DNA of 64,000 nt, from positions 864,001-928,000 of the forward strand of contig CAWJCS010000005.1 of assembly GCA_963841435.1 (NCBI GenBank), given 5' to 3'. A program made the translations under genes and the position numbers. The notes under the pieces are model-generated. The model made no database searches and was not told the origin of the DNA. It saw nothing but the letters and a program-made list of their open reading frames with translations. Below, piece after piece: positions 18,317 through 28,424 of this stretch; the stretch's first letter is position 1; each line of letters opens with the position of its first letter. This DNA is from an uncultured delta proteobacterium. Its GTDB lineage: Bacteria > Myxococcota_A > Polyangia > Polyangiales > Polyangiaceae.

Positions 18317-19066
18317 GTGGGCCACCCGGCGCACGACCTCGAGCAGCACGGCACGCGCCGCCCCGACGGCTACGCCCGCCGCCGGCCGGAAGACACGGTG
18401 CTCTACCAGACCGTGGCCGAGCGCTGGCCCCTGTTTCGCGAGCAGATGGAGCAGCAAGGCGGGTTGCCGAAGTTCGTGGTGAGGGAGTTCGAGGAGTACT
18501 TGAAGTGCGGGATCCTCGAAGAGGGTTGTCTACACCTCGTGTGCCGGAGCTGCGGCTACTCGCAGGTCGTGGCCTTGAGCTGCAAGAAGCGCGGCTTCTG
18601 CCCGGGCTGCCTGGGCCGGCGGATGGCCGATACGGCCGTCCACTTGGAGGAGCGCGTGCTGCCGGCCGTGCGAGTGCGCCATTGGATTCTGCTCTCTGCC
18701 CTGGGGCCTCAGGGCGCTGCTCGGCTACGACCGGGAGCTGTGCGCCAAGGTCGTGAGCGCGTTCGTGGGCGAGCTCTGCCGCTCGCTGAAGAGGAGAGCA
18801 AAGCGACAGCTCGGGCTCGCGAGCGTCGCGCAAGCGCACACCGGCGCCGTCTGCGCGGTGCAGAGGACGGACGGGGCCCTCCGGCTCAACGTCCATCTCC
18901 ACGTGCTCTCGCTCGACGGCGTCTACGTGCGCGACTCCGAGAGCGCCGCGCTCGTGTTCGAGAGCTCGGCACGCCCAGCCACGCCGAGGTGCTCGACGTG
19001 GCCCGCTGATCCAAGTGCCACCGCGCCGCCGCCTGCTCCGGGCGATCAGCTCGAGCTCGCGCTCGA
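18317..19066 (+). mobile_element. IS91-family transposase, N-terminal remnant fused to a C-terminal piece
   Basis: YARRRPEDTVLY, YLKCG, SCKKRGFCPGC, HUH motif NVHLHVL; frameshifts at ~18688 and ~18962; 19002-19065 is identical to 13710-13773. Confidence 0.85.
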
Positions 19067-19239
19067 AAGCCGCGACGTGCCGCCGCGCGGTGTCACGTCG
19101 GCGATTGTGTCGCCACGTTTCGCGAATGCGGCAGAATCGAGCCGTTAGCTCGGAAGCGCTCGAGAGGCGCCTCAGGCCTGCGGGGTTCCGCACCGGCTCG
19201 GCGTTGACAGAACGGCCACGGTGACGCGCGAGGTGGCGA

Positions 19240-19600
19240 CGTCGGCAACCGTGCCGGTGATTTCGGGCGGGTTACCGAAGTTGCCGAGCCGGATCTCGTC
19301 GTCGTCGAGCGGCTCGATCCCCATGGCCCGCGCGATCGCCTGCCCGCTCGGCAGCCGCATGCGAAACCCACGCAAGAGGTTGCGCTCGGCGAGCACGTCC
19401 TGTCGATGACCTCGCTCGAGAACGATGGCCGGCAAGAAGTCGTTCAGCACCATCCATTGGTAATGAAAGCGTACTTCGCGCTGCACGCGCTCGAAATCCC
19501 AATCGCAGTGGTCGGTGGCGATCTCGTTGTGGAAGCGATGAAACAGCCCTTGAAGCTGCGAGACGATGACGTCTCGTCGTTGCGTGGATCTCCGATGAAG
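19240..19600 (-). pseudogene. Animal-type heme peroxidase fragments
   Basis: IGDPRNDE, FHRFHN, VRFHYQWMVLNDFLP, LAERNLLRG..LPSGQAIA; large internal deletion. Confidence 0.75.
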
Positions 19601-19913
19601 GCTCGCTGTCGCCATGCGCACGTCGTCCGCGCCGTCGCCGCCGCGCGGGGCGCTTTCGCCGCCCCAGGTGGCGACGATGTGGCCCGAGGTGGTCGACGCA
19701 TGCGGTTCGATCGCGGCGCCTCGGTTGCAGAAAGCCCCAACCGTGTCGCACAAGCTGCGTGGGGCGCTTTTGGCAGCGTGACGTTTGCGCGGCCGCAAGC
19801 CCAGGCCGCACCGGAATGCCAGCGAAAAAGGGGCATGGAGCCCGTGTTTCCGCCGAGGCATGCGACTTGCGACGCAGCTCACCATGACCATGGTCCTTGT
19901 CGCCGGCACGACG

Positions 19914-20018
19914 TGTGGCCTTGCTCCGGCTTTGCTGCCCACCCCGGCGGGGTCAGGCGTCACCCACCAAAGCCTCCGCCCGCCCCTCACCCTCGTTTTC
20001 CCAGTTCGAATGCCCTTG
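19914..20018 (+). mobile_element. 105-bp mini-IS91 (putative left end fused to ori-like end)
   Basis: 19914-19942 matches the reverse complement of 33714-33742 (28/29); the remainder matches ~14008-14084. Confidence 0.75.
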
Positions 20019-20103
20019 CCGCGCACGAGCCGCGGACCTGCGCGCCCACGTAGGGAGGAGGACTTCATCCTGTGATGTCGTTGCTGTATCCTACGAAACT
20101 CAG

Positions 20104-20682
20104 GTGCGCATCCTTCGAACATGGCTGTGTGCCATCGTCGCTGGCGGCGCTGGTCTAGTTGCTGCTCCGGCAACGGCCGATCCAGCGACTACCAATGTGC
20201 TCCAGCTTGGAGTCGGTTTCCGATACGGCCTCGATCTGACGCCCGGCGACACCCTGAACCCGTGGGGCCTCGGCCTCGGACTGGACGGCGGTTACACGTT
20301 GCCGAACGCCGTGTTCCTCGGGGGCAGCTTCGAGTACTTCTTCGGCGAAGAAATCGGCGACGATCTCAACGGCGCGAGCGCTAACCTCTGGCAGCTCTCG
20401 GCGGAGTCGGGATACGACCTCGGGATCAACGTCGTCGTCCTGCGGCCGAAGCTCGGCCTCGGCGTCGCAAACGTTCATGCGAAGTCCTGCGCCCCCGCGA
20501 TGTCGGAGGCAGGAGGCAGCGCCTGCGCGTCTCACACCAAGACGTACTTCGCCCTGGTGCCCGGTGCTACCTTCATCGTCCTACCTGGTCGGTTCAGCCT
20601 GACTGCTGACGTACGCTATGAGTTGGTTTTCGCCAGTCAGACGGGTCACGGCCTGCTCTTCACGTTTGGGGTGGGCTTTTGA
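20104..20682 (+). CDS. Small outer-membrane beta-barrel protein
   Basis: Signal peptide, amphipathic strands (GLGLGLDGGYTL), C-terminal FGVGF; start codon estimated. Confidence 0.7.
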   Translation: MRILRTWLCAIVAGGAGLVAAPATADPATTNVLQLGVGFRYGLDLTPGDTLNPWGLGLGLDGGYTLPNAVFLGGSFEYFFGEEIGDDLNGASANLWQLSAESGYDLGINVVVLRPKLGLGVANVHAKSCAPAMSEAGGSACASHTKTYFALVPGATFIVLPGRFSLTADVRYELVFASQTGHGLLFTFGVGF

Positions 20683-20698
20683 AGCCGTGGGCCGATAC

Positions 20699-22045
20699 AT
20701 GAGCGAGCGCGCATGCACGATTTGGCTCCTCACCGCCGCGCTGGGTCTTGGCTGCGACGACCCGAGCACCGCCCGAAGCTGCGCGTCAGAGGACTGCTCG
20801 CACGTTTGCGTTTTCGGTGACTGCCTGGGTTCCACACGGGTCCCAGACGTCGCGTACGGCGGCAGCGGCGGCGCCTACACCGGCGGCACCAGCGGAGGCG
20901 GCTCGAGCGCGGGCGGGGCGGGAGCCACGAACGGGGGAAGCGGCGCGAGTGCCGGCCAATCGAGCGCGGGCGTGTCGGGCGGCGGCGTTCCGGCGGGCGG
21001 CGCCGCTGGCGCCGCGTGTGCACCGGGTAGCGCGGGGGAGCTCGACGTAGGGCTGACCCCCGTTTGCCTCGGCCTGCACGCGAATGCCCTGGTCACCGAT
21101 CGCGTGCGCGGCAAGCTCTACGCGGTCATCGGTGAGGACGATGTCGCGCACCCGAACGAGCTGCTCGTCATCGACGCTGAGCGCGCGGTGATCGAAGCCT
21201 CCGTCGCGATTGGCTCGAACCCCGACGCGCTCGCCCTTTCGGACGACGCGTCACGGCTCTGGGTCGCCCTTCACGGCTCCTTCAGCGTCCGCGAAGTGGA
21301 TCTTACGGTGTCGCCGCCCGCGCCCGGCAACGAATATCCGGTTCCGCCGCTCAGCTTCGAAGATCAAGGCGTCTATGCGATGAGGCTCGCCGTCTTGCCG
21401 GGAAGCACCGAGAGCATCGCCCTGTCCATAAGGTGTGACGGCTGCTCCGCGGAAGTCGTCGTGATGGATGCAGGAACGCCGCGCAGCAAACACGTGGATG
21501 AGCTTTCGATGCTCACGCCGGGACCCGAGGGCTACGTATTCGGGTACAACGACCTCACCACCGCCTACGATTTTGCGACTCTCGCAATCGATGCGTCCGG
21601 CCCGACGGCGACCCTCTTCCGATATCTGATTGACGGTTTCGACACCGAGATCACGTACGACGCGGGCTACGTCTTCGCTTCGAGCGGGCAGGTCGTGGAC
21701 GTGAGCACGCCGGACTCACCCGTTGCGGCCGGCACTTTCGCCTACGAGGGCAACGTCGTCCCGCACGCCACGCAACAGAGGGTCGTGATGCTCTCCTATT
21801 CGCCCCCCGCGGACCTCCGCACGACGCGCAACGGCACGAACACGCTAGCGCTGCGTGAGCTCGACCTTTCGACATACGGCGAACTTTTCGAAACCCAGCT
21901 TGCGGGCCAATACACCACCATTCGCGATTTCGTCGAAGTGAAACCGGGTCTCTTTGCCTTCATCGATTCGCAGGATCTCGGCATATCACCGACTGGTCGT
22001 CCGACCCGTCTGTACCTGTTCCGGGCGGCGGATTTTGCGGAGTGA
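20699..22045 (+). CDS. Lipoprotein with Gly-rich linker and YncE-like beta-propeller
   Basis: LGLGC lipobox; IGSNPDALALSDDASRLWVAL blade. Confidence 0.7.
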   Translation: MSERACTIWLLTAALGLGCDDPSTARSCASEDCSHVCVFGDCLGSTRVPDVAYGGSGGAYTGGTSGGGSSAGGAGATNGGSGASAGQSSAGVSGGGVPAGGAAGAACAPGSAGELDVGLTPVCLGLHANALVTDRVRGKLYAVIGEDDVAHPNELLVIDAERAVIEASVAIGSNPDALALSDDASRLWVALHGSFSVREVDLTVSPPAPGNEYPVPPLSFEDQGVYAMRLAVLPGSTESIALSIRCDGCSAEVVVMDAGTPRSKHVDELSMLTPGPEGYVFGYNDLTTAYDFATLAIDASGPTATLFRYLIDGFDTEITYDAGYVFASSGQVVDVSTPDSPVAAGTFAYEGNVVPHATQQRVVMLSYSPPADLRTTRNGTNTLALRELDLSTYGELFETQLAGQYTTIRDFVEVKPGLFAFIDSQDLGISPTGRPTRLYLFRAADFAE

Positions 22046-22092
22046 CCACCGGCCGGTGATGGTTGACAGTCGCCATTGGCCTCAGTCCTGCG

Positions 22093-22161
22093 CTACGCCA
22101 CCCGTACCTCCACGGGCACCGAAATCCCCGTTGCCCACGTTGGGTATCGCCCCCGCGCAAC
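22093..22161 (+). repeat. ~69-bp direct repeat ending TATCGCCCCCGCGCAAC (att-like), copy 1
   Basis: Second copy at 23326-23393; 17-bp core again at 23845-23861. Confidence 0.8.
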
Positions 22162-22171
22162 TACACGTGGA

Positions 22172-22205
22172 CAACGCCCTCCCGGCTCAAGCTCGGAGGG
22201 CGTTG
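22172..22205. terminator. GC-rich hairpin
   Basis: 11-bp perfect stem CAACGCCCTCC/GGAGGGCGTTG; no clear U-tract. Confidence 0.45.
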
Positions 22206-22285
22206 CTGCATCGTCCGTCAGAAGCGCGAGGGGCATGAACTACTTTTGGAGTTCCTCGTCGGTTAGGTTCATCGCACGAAGCCGG

Positions 22286-22696
22286 TCACAGTGGGTGAAT
22301 CGGAATCGGCGCTACACCGCGCGGGATGTCGTAGTCCAACGTCCAGGCGTTGTTGCACGCGATATTGCCGGCAACGTCGCGCGATTTGTTGGTGTCCCTG
22401 GCGCAATTGCTGTTCGCGGTGAGCGGATCGTTCGCGAAGAACACCCATTCAATTTGGGCGTCCGGACGGACCAAACGGACCTCCGCCTCGATCAGCGTGC
22501 GGTACACGGCTAGCCGGAACGCGATTTCGACCGCGATGCAGTCGTGGCCGAGACGCACGGCCTCGAGGAACGCTCCATGCGCCGGCCACCCCGGCGCGAC
22601 GCCCTCGTCGAACAACTTGAAGGCTTCGCCGCACTGGCGGATCAAGTGGCTCTTTCCGGAACCGCACAGTCCGACGACGAACTTCACACGGGTCAT
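22286..22696 (-). CDS. Small P-loop NTPase/kinase-like protein
   Basis: N-terminal VVGLCGSGKS Walker A. Confidence 0.65.
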   Translation of the reverse strand: MTRVKFVVGLCGSGKSHLIRQCGEAFKLFDEGVAPGWPAHGAFLEAVRLGHDCIAVEIAFRLAVYRTLIEAEVRLVRPDAQIEWVFFANDPLTANSNCARDTNKSRDVAGNIACNNAWTLDYDIPRGVAPIPIHPL

Positions 22697-22789
22697 GGAT
22701 CAGACGTTCGGCTACGGTAGACCCGGCAATGGGTCAAGGCGGTGCAGCAACCGTGGCCTGATCGTCCGTGTCCGGACCTTCCCGGGGAG

Positions 22790-23074
22790 CTAGTTGACTG
22801 GCACGGGCGGCGCGTCGCGCGTGCTCATCGCGTAGACGTGCTCGTCATCGAACCGGTAGAGGATCCACACGTTTCGCCCGATCACTCGCCGGACGAAAGC
22901 CCGCCCCGGCCCGAACGTGGTCTCATCGTCGCCGGGGCCCGGCAGCTCGTCCGCGTTGGCCAGCGCCGCGACCGTGGCGAACACAGCGCGGAAACCAGGC
23001 GAGCCGGGCGCCATACCAAGCTCGATGACGCTGCGCCGGAAGGTCGTGCTCAGCTTGGCGACTCGTCGGGCCAC
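22790..23074 (-). CDS. Putative RelE/ParE-like toxin
   Basis: 94 aa, RRVIGRNVWILYRFDDEHV; overlaps an upstream acidic small ORF. Confidence 0.55.
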   Translation of the reverse strand: MARRVAKLSTTFRRSVIELGMAPGSPGFRAVFATVAALANADELPGPGDDETTFGPGRAFVRRVIGRNVWILYRFDDEHVYAMSTRDAPPVPVN

Positions 23075-23268
23075 GGCGACTCCCCCGTCGCTGCGCAGTG
23101 CTCGAGTTGCTCCACGGTGAGCTCGATGTAGTCCCCGCGCTCGAAGTCCTGCATCGCCTGAAGCAGCTCCCGTTCGAGGTCGGGGTCCGCCTGCGCGACC
23201 CGTCGCAGCGGCGGTGCCGAGGGCGCTGCCGCAACCGGCGCTACCTGCGACTCGCTAGGCCTAGCCAT
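23050..23268 (-). CDS. Putative antitoxin
   Basis: 72 aa, acidic: ELLQAMQDFERGDYIEL; GAGG RBS. Confidence 0.55.
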   Translation of the reverse strand: MARPSESQVAPVAAAPSAPPLRRVAQADPDLERELLQAMQDFERGDYIELTVEQLEHCAATGESPWPDESPS

Positions 23269-23325
23269 GCCTCACCTTCGCACCGCCGAGCCCCTTTGTC
23301 ACGAAAGCGGCGACTCCGCGTCCGC

Positions 23326-23393
23326 CTACGCCACCCGCACCTCCACGGGCACCGAAATTCCCGTTGCCCACGCGGGTATCGCCCCCGCGCAAC
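23326..23393 (+). repeat. att-like direct repeat, copy 2
   Basis: Matches 22093-22161; followed by hairpin GGCCTGGCTC/GAGCCGGGCC (23424-23448). Confidence 0.8.
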
Positions 23394-23511
23394 AACGATG
23401 CGTTGCTCCAGCAACCGAAAGAGGGCCTGGCTCACGACGAGCCGGGCCTTCGCCCTTTATCATGCGCTCGGACGAGTCCCGAGTCAGCGATCTTGGCGCA
23501 GGGTGAAGGCA

Positions 23512-23843
23512 TCACTGATCCTTCCTTGGCCGCGTGCCATCAATGAACTCCTTGAGTTCCGTGCGGATTGCGGTGGTCCGCGTCGCCACCGCCACGCGCA
23601 CGGAAGCCTCTGCCACCGTGGTCGCGTCTAGGAGCTCATCGGGTACCAGCAGCACCTTCGCCCAACGCGACAGTAACGTCTCATCCCTTTTGAATTCGAG
23701 CACCTTCGCCTTGAGGAACGGTGCGGCAGGTGTCGCGATCTTCGCCATGTTGAAGGTGGCGTGCAGGAGCACGCAGTTGCCGAGGGAGTTGCCGTCGGCC
23801 TGCGCATCGTCCTCGTTTGGGTGCGTCTCCCACCAGGCATAGC
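23512..23843 (-). pseudogene. C-terminal fragment resembling DUF1524/HNH-type domains
   Basis: NSLGNCVLLHATFNMAK motif; 5' part absent. Confidence 0.45.
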
Positions 23844-23861
23844 CTATCGCCCCCGCGCAAC

Positions 23862-23965
23862 CAAACCTGTTCGACGACGTGAACCTTCGTCGTGGGCAGG
23901 CCCCACGACATGCACCCGATCCAATGAAGATGGAGGATCGGTCCAGCGTCGGCGACGACAATCAC
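23862..23965 (-). pseudogene. PIN-domain toxin, N-terminal fragment
   Basis: VIVVADAGPILHLHWIG...VVEQVW, cut at the 17-bp core. Confidence 0.65.
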
Positions 23966-24093
23966 GAATCGAAGCGGTGTCCTGTAGCCCAGGCGATGTC
24001 CGCGAGAACGCTGGCCTCGCCGATGGGCTCGTCCTCGAACGGCTTCTCGCCTTCGACGATCACGCGAACCTCGGCGCCTTCCGGCAAGTGCAC
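23962..24093 (-). pseudogene. DUF104-like antitoxin, 5'-truncated
   Basis: VHLPEGAEVRVIVE...*; stop overlaps the PIN start (GTGA). Confidence 0.55.
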
Positions 24094-24246
24094 CGCCGTC
24101 GTGCTCGAGCCGGATGATCTCTTGGTCCCCCTCCTGCTCTTTTGCCCTCTCGCCCCTCTCGCCTCCCAACCGCGGCGGGGTCAGGCGTCACCCACCAAAG
24201 CCTCCGCCCGCCCTTCACCCTCGTTTTCCCAGTTCGAATGCCCTTG
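24094..24246 (+). mobile_element. IS91 deletion derivative with ori-like end
   Basis: 24094-24128 matches ~13574-13608, then jumps to ~13965-14084. Confidence 0.8.
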
Positions 24247-24364
24247 GCGCCGCGATGGAGCGCATGGCCGGCGTACGCACGAACTCGGGTGAGACGCTGC
24301 GCGGCGCGGCGGCCATCGCGTACCTGCGCGATCAGTTCGAGAACGCAGGGGGCACGGCCGGGGG

Positions 24365-24460
24365 ATAGGCGAAGCAAACGCATCCGTCGCGGTGGATGGC
24401 GTGCTGGACTTTACGGATCGCCGAATATGCGATCCAGCCTGCCTGCGGGCCGGACCGCTG
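24365..24460 (-). mobile_element. Mini hairpin element, copy 2 (4-bp internal duplication)
   Basis: Reverse complement of 14095-14186 with the same endpoints. Confidence 0.8.
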
Positions 24461-24676
24461 AGTGGAAGGCGCGATAGATGGCGACCCAGCACCAATGCGG
24501 CGCCCAGCGACAGGCGGTCCCGATCCGGGTCGTTCTGCGGGCCGACGCGCATCAAGCGGGCACAGAACCCATCCGATCCACCCGACGAAACCAAGTGGCC
24601 AGTGCGAAGGCGGTGCCAAGCTCGCGTGAACCCGCTTGCATGGGCCGTCCCGCCTTGTGCTAGGAGCGCGTTTTCG

Positions 24677-25930
24677 ATGCGAATCGCTGCCCACGGCATG
24701 ATCACCGACGTCGGCGGCAGCGGCGCCGGCGCCTTCACCCTGCTGCTCGCGACGCTGCTCGAGCAGGGACACGACGTGACGTTCTACGGTGTGCCGCGCT
24801 TCACCGAGCCGAAGTCGCTCAGTCGCTTTCCCCGGTATCGCTACGTGCCGATGCACGTCGAGGCCCTTCGGCCCCTCTGGCTGACGGCATGGCGCATCAA
24901 GGGTCGCTACCCGTCGGCGGTGGTCTCGAGCGCCGCGCACGTCCTCTATCAGCAGCGAGCCATCCGCGAGATGGAGCGTGCTCCAGCGGAGGAGCGCGCC
25001 GACTTCGTGCTCTGCCTGGATGCCGTCAACTTGTGGCGCTCCAAGCTACCGGTGCTCAGCTGGCCACAGTCCCCCCCGCAAACGGAATGGGCGGCGCTCA
25101 GAAAGCCTCACATCCGGCGTGAGGTGCTCGGGGCATCGGGTCGTTCGCATCTCCTCGCGGTCGAGGCCTTCTACGCCTACCGCTGGGCTCAGGCGCGCCT
25201 CACGATGAGCCACAGCGACGTGATCGCGTGCGCCAGCCGCTGGTCGCTCGAGCACTGGCTCCGCTTCGGTCTGGACCCCGCGCGGGCGCGGACCATCGCC
25301 TACCCCATCGACGTGGCGAGCTTCGCCAAGGTGCCGCTGCCAGGATCCTCGCCGGAGCGGCGTGTGCGCTTCCTGTGGCTCGGCCGCGCCATCCCTCGCA
25401 AGCGGCTGGACCTGTTCCTCGAGGGAGTCTCGCTCTTGCGCGCGCGCCACGACGACGTGGAGGCGCTTCTGGTCGGGCGCCTCGACGCCGATCCCGCCGC
25501 CCGCCCGCTGCTCGCGCGCTACGCAGCGAACCCGAGCATCCACGTGGAGCCGGGCGTCCCTCGCAGCGCGGTGCCAGAGCTGTTCGCGAGAGCCGACGTG
25601 CTGGTCCAGCCGAGCGAGAACGAGAACTTCGGCTTCAGCGTCGCGGAGGCGCTCTCGGCGGGTCGTCCCATCGTGGCAGGCCCGACGAACGGCACGCTCG
25701 ACTACGCCGGCGACGCCGCCTTCCCGTTCGAGCGGTACGACGCCGCGGCCGTCGCTGAAGCGCTCGGTCGCGCACGACGAGCGGTGCTCGACGACGGCGA
25801 GCGCATTGCACGGCTCGGGCGCGAAGCGGCACACCGACACTTCGATCCGGTGGGCGTCGCGGCGCGGGTTTGCGAGCTCGGCGCCGAAGCCGCCGCCCGC
25901 AAGGCTCACCGTGGAGACAGCGGCAAGTAG
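24677..25930 (+). CDS. Glycosyltransferase family 4
   Basis: LWLGRAIPRKR, ADVLVQPSENENFGFSVAEALSAGRP. Confidence 0.9.
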   Translation: MRIAAHGMITDVGGSGAGAFTLLLATLLEQGHDVTFYGVPRFTEPKSLSRFPRYRYVPMHVEALRPLWLTAWRIKGRYPSAVVSSAAHVLYQQRAIREMERAPAEERADFVLCLDAVNLWRSKLPVLSWPQSPPQTEWAALRKPHIRREVLGASGRSHLLAVEAFYAYRWAQARLTMSHSDVIACASRWSLEHWLRFGLDPARARTIAYPIDVASFAKVPLPGSSPERRVRFLWLGRAIPRKRLDLFLEGVSLLRARHDDVEALLVGRLDADPAARPLLARYAANPSIHVEPGVPRSAVPELFARADVLVQPSENENFGFSVAEALSAGRPIVAGPTNGTLDYAGDAAFPFERYDAAAVAEALGRARRAVLDDGERIARLGREAAHRHFDPVGVAARVCELGAEAAARKAHRGDSGK

Positions 25931-26098
25931 CCGACGAAGCCTCATCTGTACCTGAAACCAGGGGGGACTCCGCCGGCATTGGACGGCGCGCTGCCGCCCC
26001 GCTATTCGAGCGAGCAGCCGCTCCGGTGGCTCACCGTCCCGGAGCTCCGTCGAATGATTGGTGAGTCCAAAGCAACTTAGCGTAGGAAGGAGCGCAGG

Positions 26099-26401
26099 GT
26101 GTCGCAGCAATCTCACGAGGATCAGAAGGACCGGGCCGAGCTCGCCGAGCTCCGCTCCGCGCTCGCCAAGCTCCGCTCTGCGCTCGGCAAGCTGAACGCG
26201 CACGCCGACGAGCTGTCGCACCGCCTCGAAGCCCGATGCACCACGGCGGCGGCCGCTCCGGTTGACGAAGCGAGCCGCCTGCGGCGGATGCTGGCGGAAA
26301 AGACGATCCTCGTCACCGGCGGCACCGGCTACCTCGGTCGCAGTTTGGTCCGGGCGTTGCTCCCGTACGAGGCGCACAGCGCGAGGCACCGGGGCCCATG
26401 A
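26099..26401 (+). pseudogene. Truncated NAD-dependent polysaccharide biosynthesis (CapD-like) gene
   Basis: KTILVTGGTGYLGRSLV, then ends. Confidence 0.65.
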
Positions 26402-27417
26402 CACCGCTTATCGAGCGAGCCAAACGCAGCTTGAGCTTCCGGGCCAAGCGCGCGGTCACGCGCGCCATCTACGTCGGCCAGTGGGGTGGCCAGCAAACGG
26501 TGACGCCGGCGCGCGCCCGCCGCTACCGCGAAGTGTCGGAGCGGCTCTTCTCCGACGCTCATCGCCGACGCCAGGATCTTGCCGGGCGGCTCACGCCGAC
26601 GCGCTCGCTGGTGGTCCCGGAGCAAACGTCGCTCGCACACCAGGACGTCCGCGATCTCCCGGTGGTAGAGCGGGCGCTCGCGCGCTGCGCGGAGGTGCTC
26701 GACGCCGCGCGCGAGGGCGGCAATCTGACCCGTTTCTCCATCAACAAGAAGTACCTGTTGCGCCTGCCGCTCGACGCATCCGACCTCGACATCGGGGGGC
26801 CGTTCGTCCGCCTGGCCCTCGACCACGACCTGCTGGCGCCCGCGGCACAGTACCTCGGTACGCTACCGATCCTGCGCGAGGTTTCGCTGCTCTACTCGCC
26901 GAACGACGGGCCCATGTCCGACATGGGCAACCAAGTCGCTAGCTACAACAGCCAGTACGCGCACGTGGACGAACCGACCGATCGACACATGCGCGTCTTC
27001 GTGCACGCTTCCGACGTGAGCGAGACCTCGGGCCCCCTGCACGTCGTGCCGGCCGACGATTCGGACGCGATCAACGACTATCTCGGCCGCTCGCGCTACC
27101 TGAACCGCCTCAGCGACGAGGAGCTCGCCGACTACGGGGAGCGGGCGCTCGGGCGCCCTCCGGTCATCGAAAGAGCGCTAGGGCCACGTGGTACGGTCTG
27201 GTATGCCGACACCTGCCGCTGCTGGCACTACGGCAGCCGCCCCGGCACGGAGCCCCGCTTGGTCATCAGCATCTGGTACGCCCATCCTTTCTCCGCGAAC
27301 CTCTTACCCTACCCGCTGCAGCGCTTCAGCGAGAGCCTGCTCGGGTTTCCGCGGCTGACCCACCTCGCCAGCCAGACCCGGGACCCGATCACCCGAGCGC
27401 TCCTGGGCGTCGAATGA
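26398..27417 (+). CDS. PhyH-like 2OG-Fe(II) oxygenase
   Basis: HxD (SQYAHVD), GPLHVVP, ADTCRCWHYG. Confidence 0.7.
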   Translation: MTPLIERAKRSLSFRAKRAVTRAIYVGQWGGQQTVTPARARRYREVSERLFSDAHRRRQDLAGRLTPTRSLVVPEQTSLAHQDVRDLPVVERALARCAEVLDAAREGGNLTRFSINKKYLLRLPLDASDLDIGGPFVRLALDHDLLAPAAQYLGTLPILREVSLLYSPNDGPMSDMGNQVASYNSQYAHVDEPTDRHMRVFVHASDVSETSGPLHVVPADDSDAINDYLGRSRYLNRLSDEELADYGERALGRPPVIERALGPRGTVWYADTCRCWHYGSRPGTEPRLVISIWYAHPFSANLLPYPLQRFSESLLGFPRLTHLASQTRDPITRALLGVE

Positions 27418-28424
27418 GCGGTCGCGGCGAGACGGAGTCGGTTCTGGTCACCGGCGCCGCGGGCTTCATCGGCTCGCACGTCGCCGAGCGCTGTCTGGGG
27501 CTCGGCATGCGCGTCACCGCGACCGACGACCTGTCGGGTGGCTTCCGCGAGAACGTCCCGGCGGGAACCGAATGGGTCGAGGGCGACCTGCGCGACCCCG
27601 CGTTCGTCGCCTCGCTCTTCGAGCGCAATCGTTACGACGCCATCTATCACATCGCGGCCTACGCGGCCGAAGGGCTCTCCCACTTCATCCGCCGCTACAA
27701 CTACCAGACGAACCTGGTCGCTAGCGTGAACCTGCTCAACCAGGCCATCAATCACGACGTGCGCTGCTTCGTCTTCACGTCCTCGATTGCGGTGTACGGC
27801 GCCGGCCAGACGCCCATGACCGAGGAAATGCTGCCCCAGCCCGAGGATCCGTACGGCGTCTCCAAGCTCGCCGTGGAGCTCGATCTCAAGGCCGCGCACG
27901 AGATGTTCGGCATCGACTACGTCGTGTTCCGCCCGCACAACGTCTACGGCGAGCGCCAGAACATCGCGGACCGCTACCGCAACGTCGTCGGCATCTTCAT
28001 GAACCAGGTCCTGAAGGGCGAGCCGATGACGGTGTTCGGCGACGGACTGCAAACCCGCGCTTTCTCGCACGTGGACGACGTGGCGCCGCTCATCGTGAGC
28101 GCGCCGCGCGTCGCCGCCGCCAAGAACCAGATCTTCAACGTCGGCGCCGACACGCCCTACTCCGTGCTCGAGCTCGCGCACGAGGTGGCAAAGAGCTTCG
28201 GCGTCGGGCCGCGCATCAACCATCTGGCCGCCCGCAACGAGGTCGTGCACGCCTTCTCCGACCATTCGAAGGTGCGCCGCGTCTTCTCGCCCCCCGCGCC
28301 GATCCCGCTCGGCGAAGGCATCGGCCGCATGGCGGCGTGGGTGCGCGCGCGCGGTCCGGCGCGGCCCCTGACCTTTTCGGACATCGAGGTCACGAAGAAC
28401 CTGCCCCCTTCGTGGCGCGTTTGA
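27414..28424 (+). CDS. NAD-dependent nucleotide-sugar epimerase/dehydratase
   Basis: TGAAGFIGSH, YGVSK, RPHNVYG, GDGLQTRAF. Confidence 0.92.
   Translation: MSGRGETESVLVTGAAGFIGSHVAERCLGLGMRVTATDDLSGGFRENVPAGTEWVEGDLRDPAFVASLFERNRYDAIYHIAAYAAEGLSHFIRRYNYQTNLVASVNLLNQAINHDVRCFVFTSSIAVYGAGQTPMTEEMLPQPEDPYGVSKLAVELDLKAAHEMFGIDYVVFRPHNVYGERQNIADRYRNVVGIFMNQVLKGEPMTVFGDGLQTRAFSHVDDVAPLIVSAPRVAAAKNQIFNVGADTPYSVLELAHEVAKSFGVGPRINHLAARNEVVHAFSDHSKVRRVFSPPAPIPLGEGIGRMAAWVRARGPARPLTFSDIEVTKNLPPSWRV

Noticed and set aside
22145-22163. Complete tRNA gene
   Set aside because: Only an acceptor-like 3' strand is present, with no T-arm (GTTC) or D-arm upstream.
22093-24093. Integron attC cassette array
   Set aside because: No integron integrase, and no convincing paired RYYYAAC/GTTRRRY boxes around the repeats.
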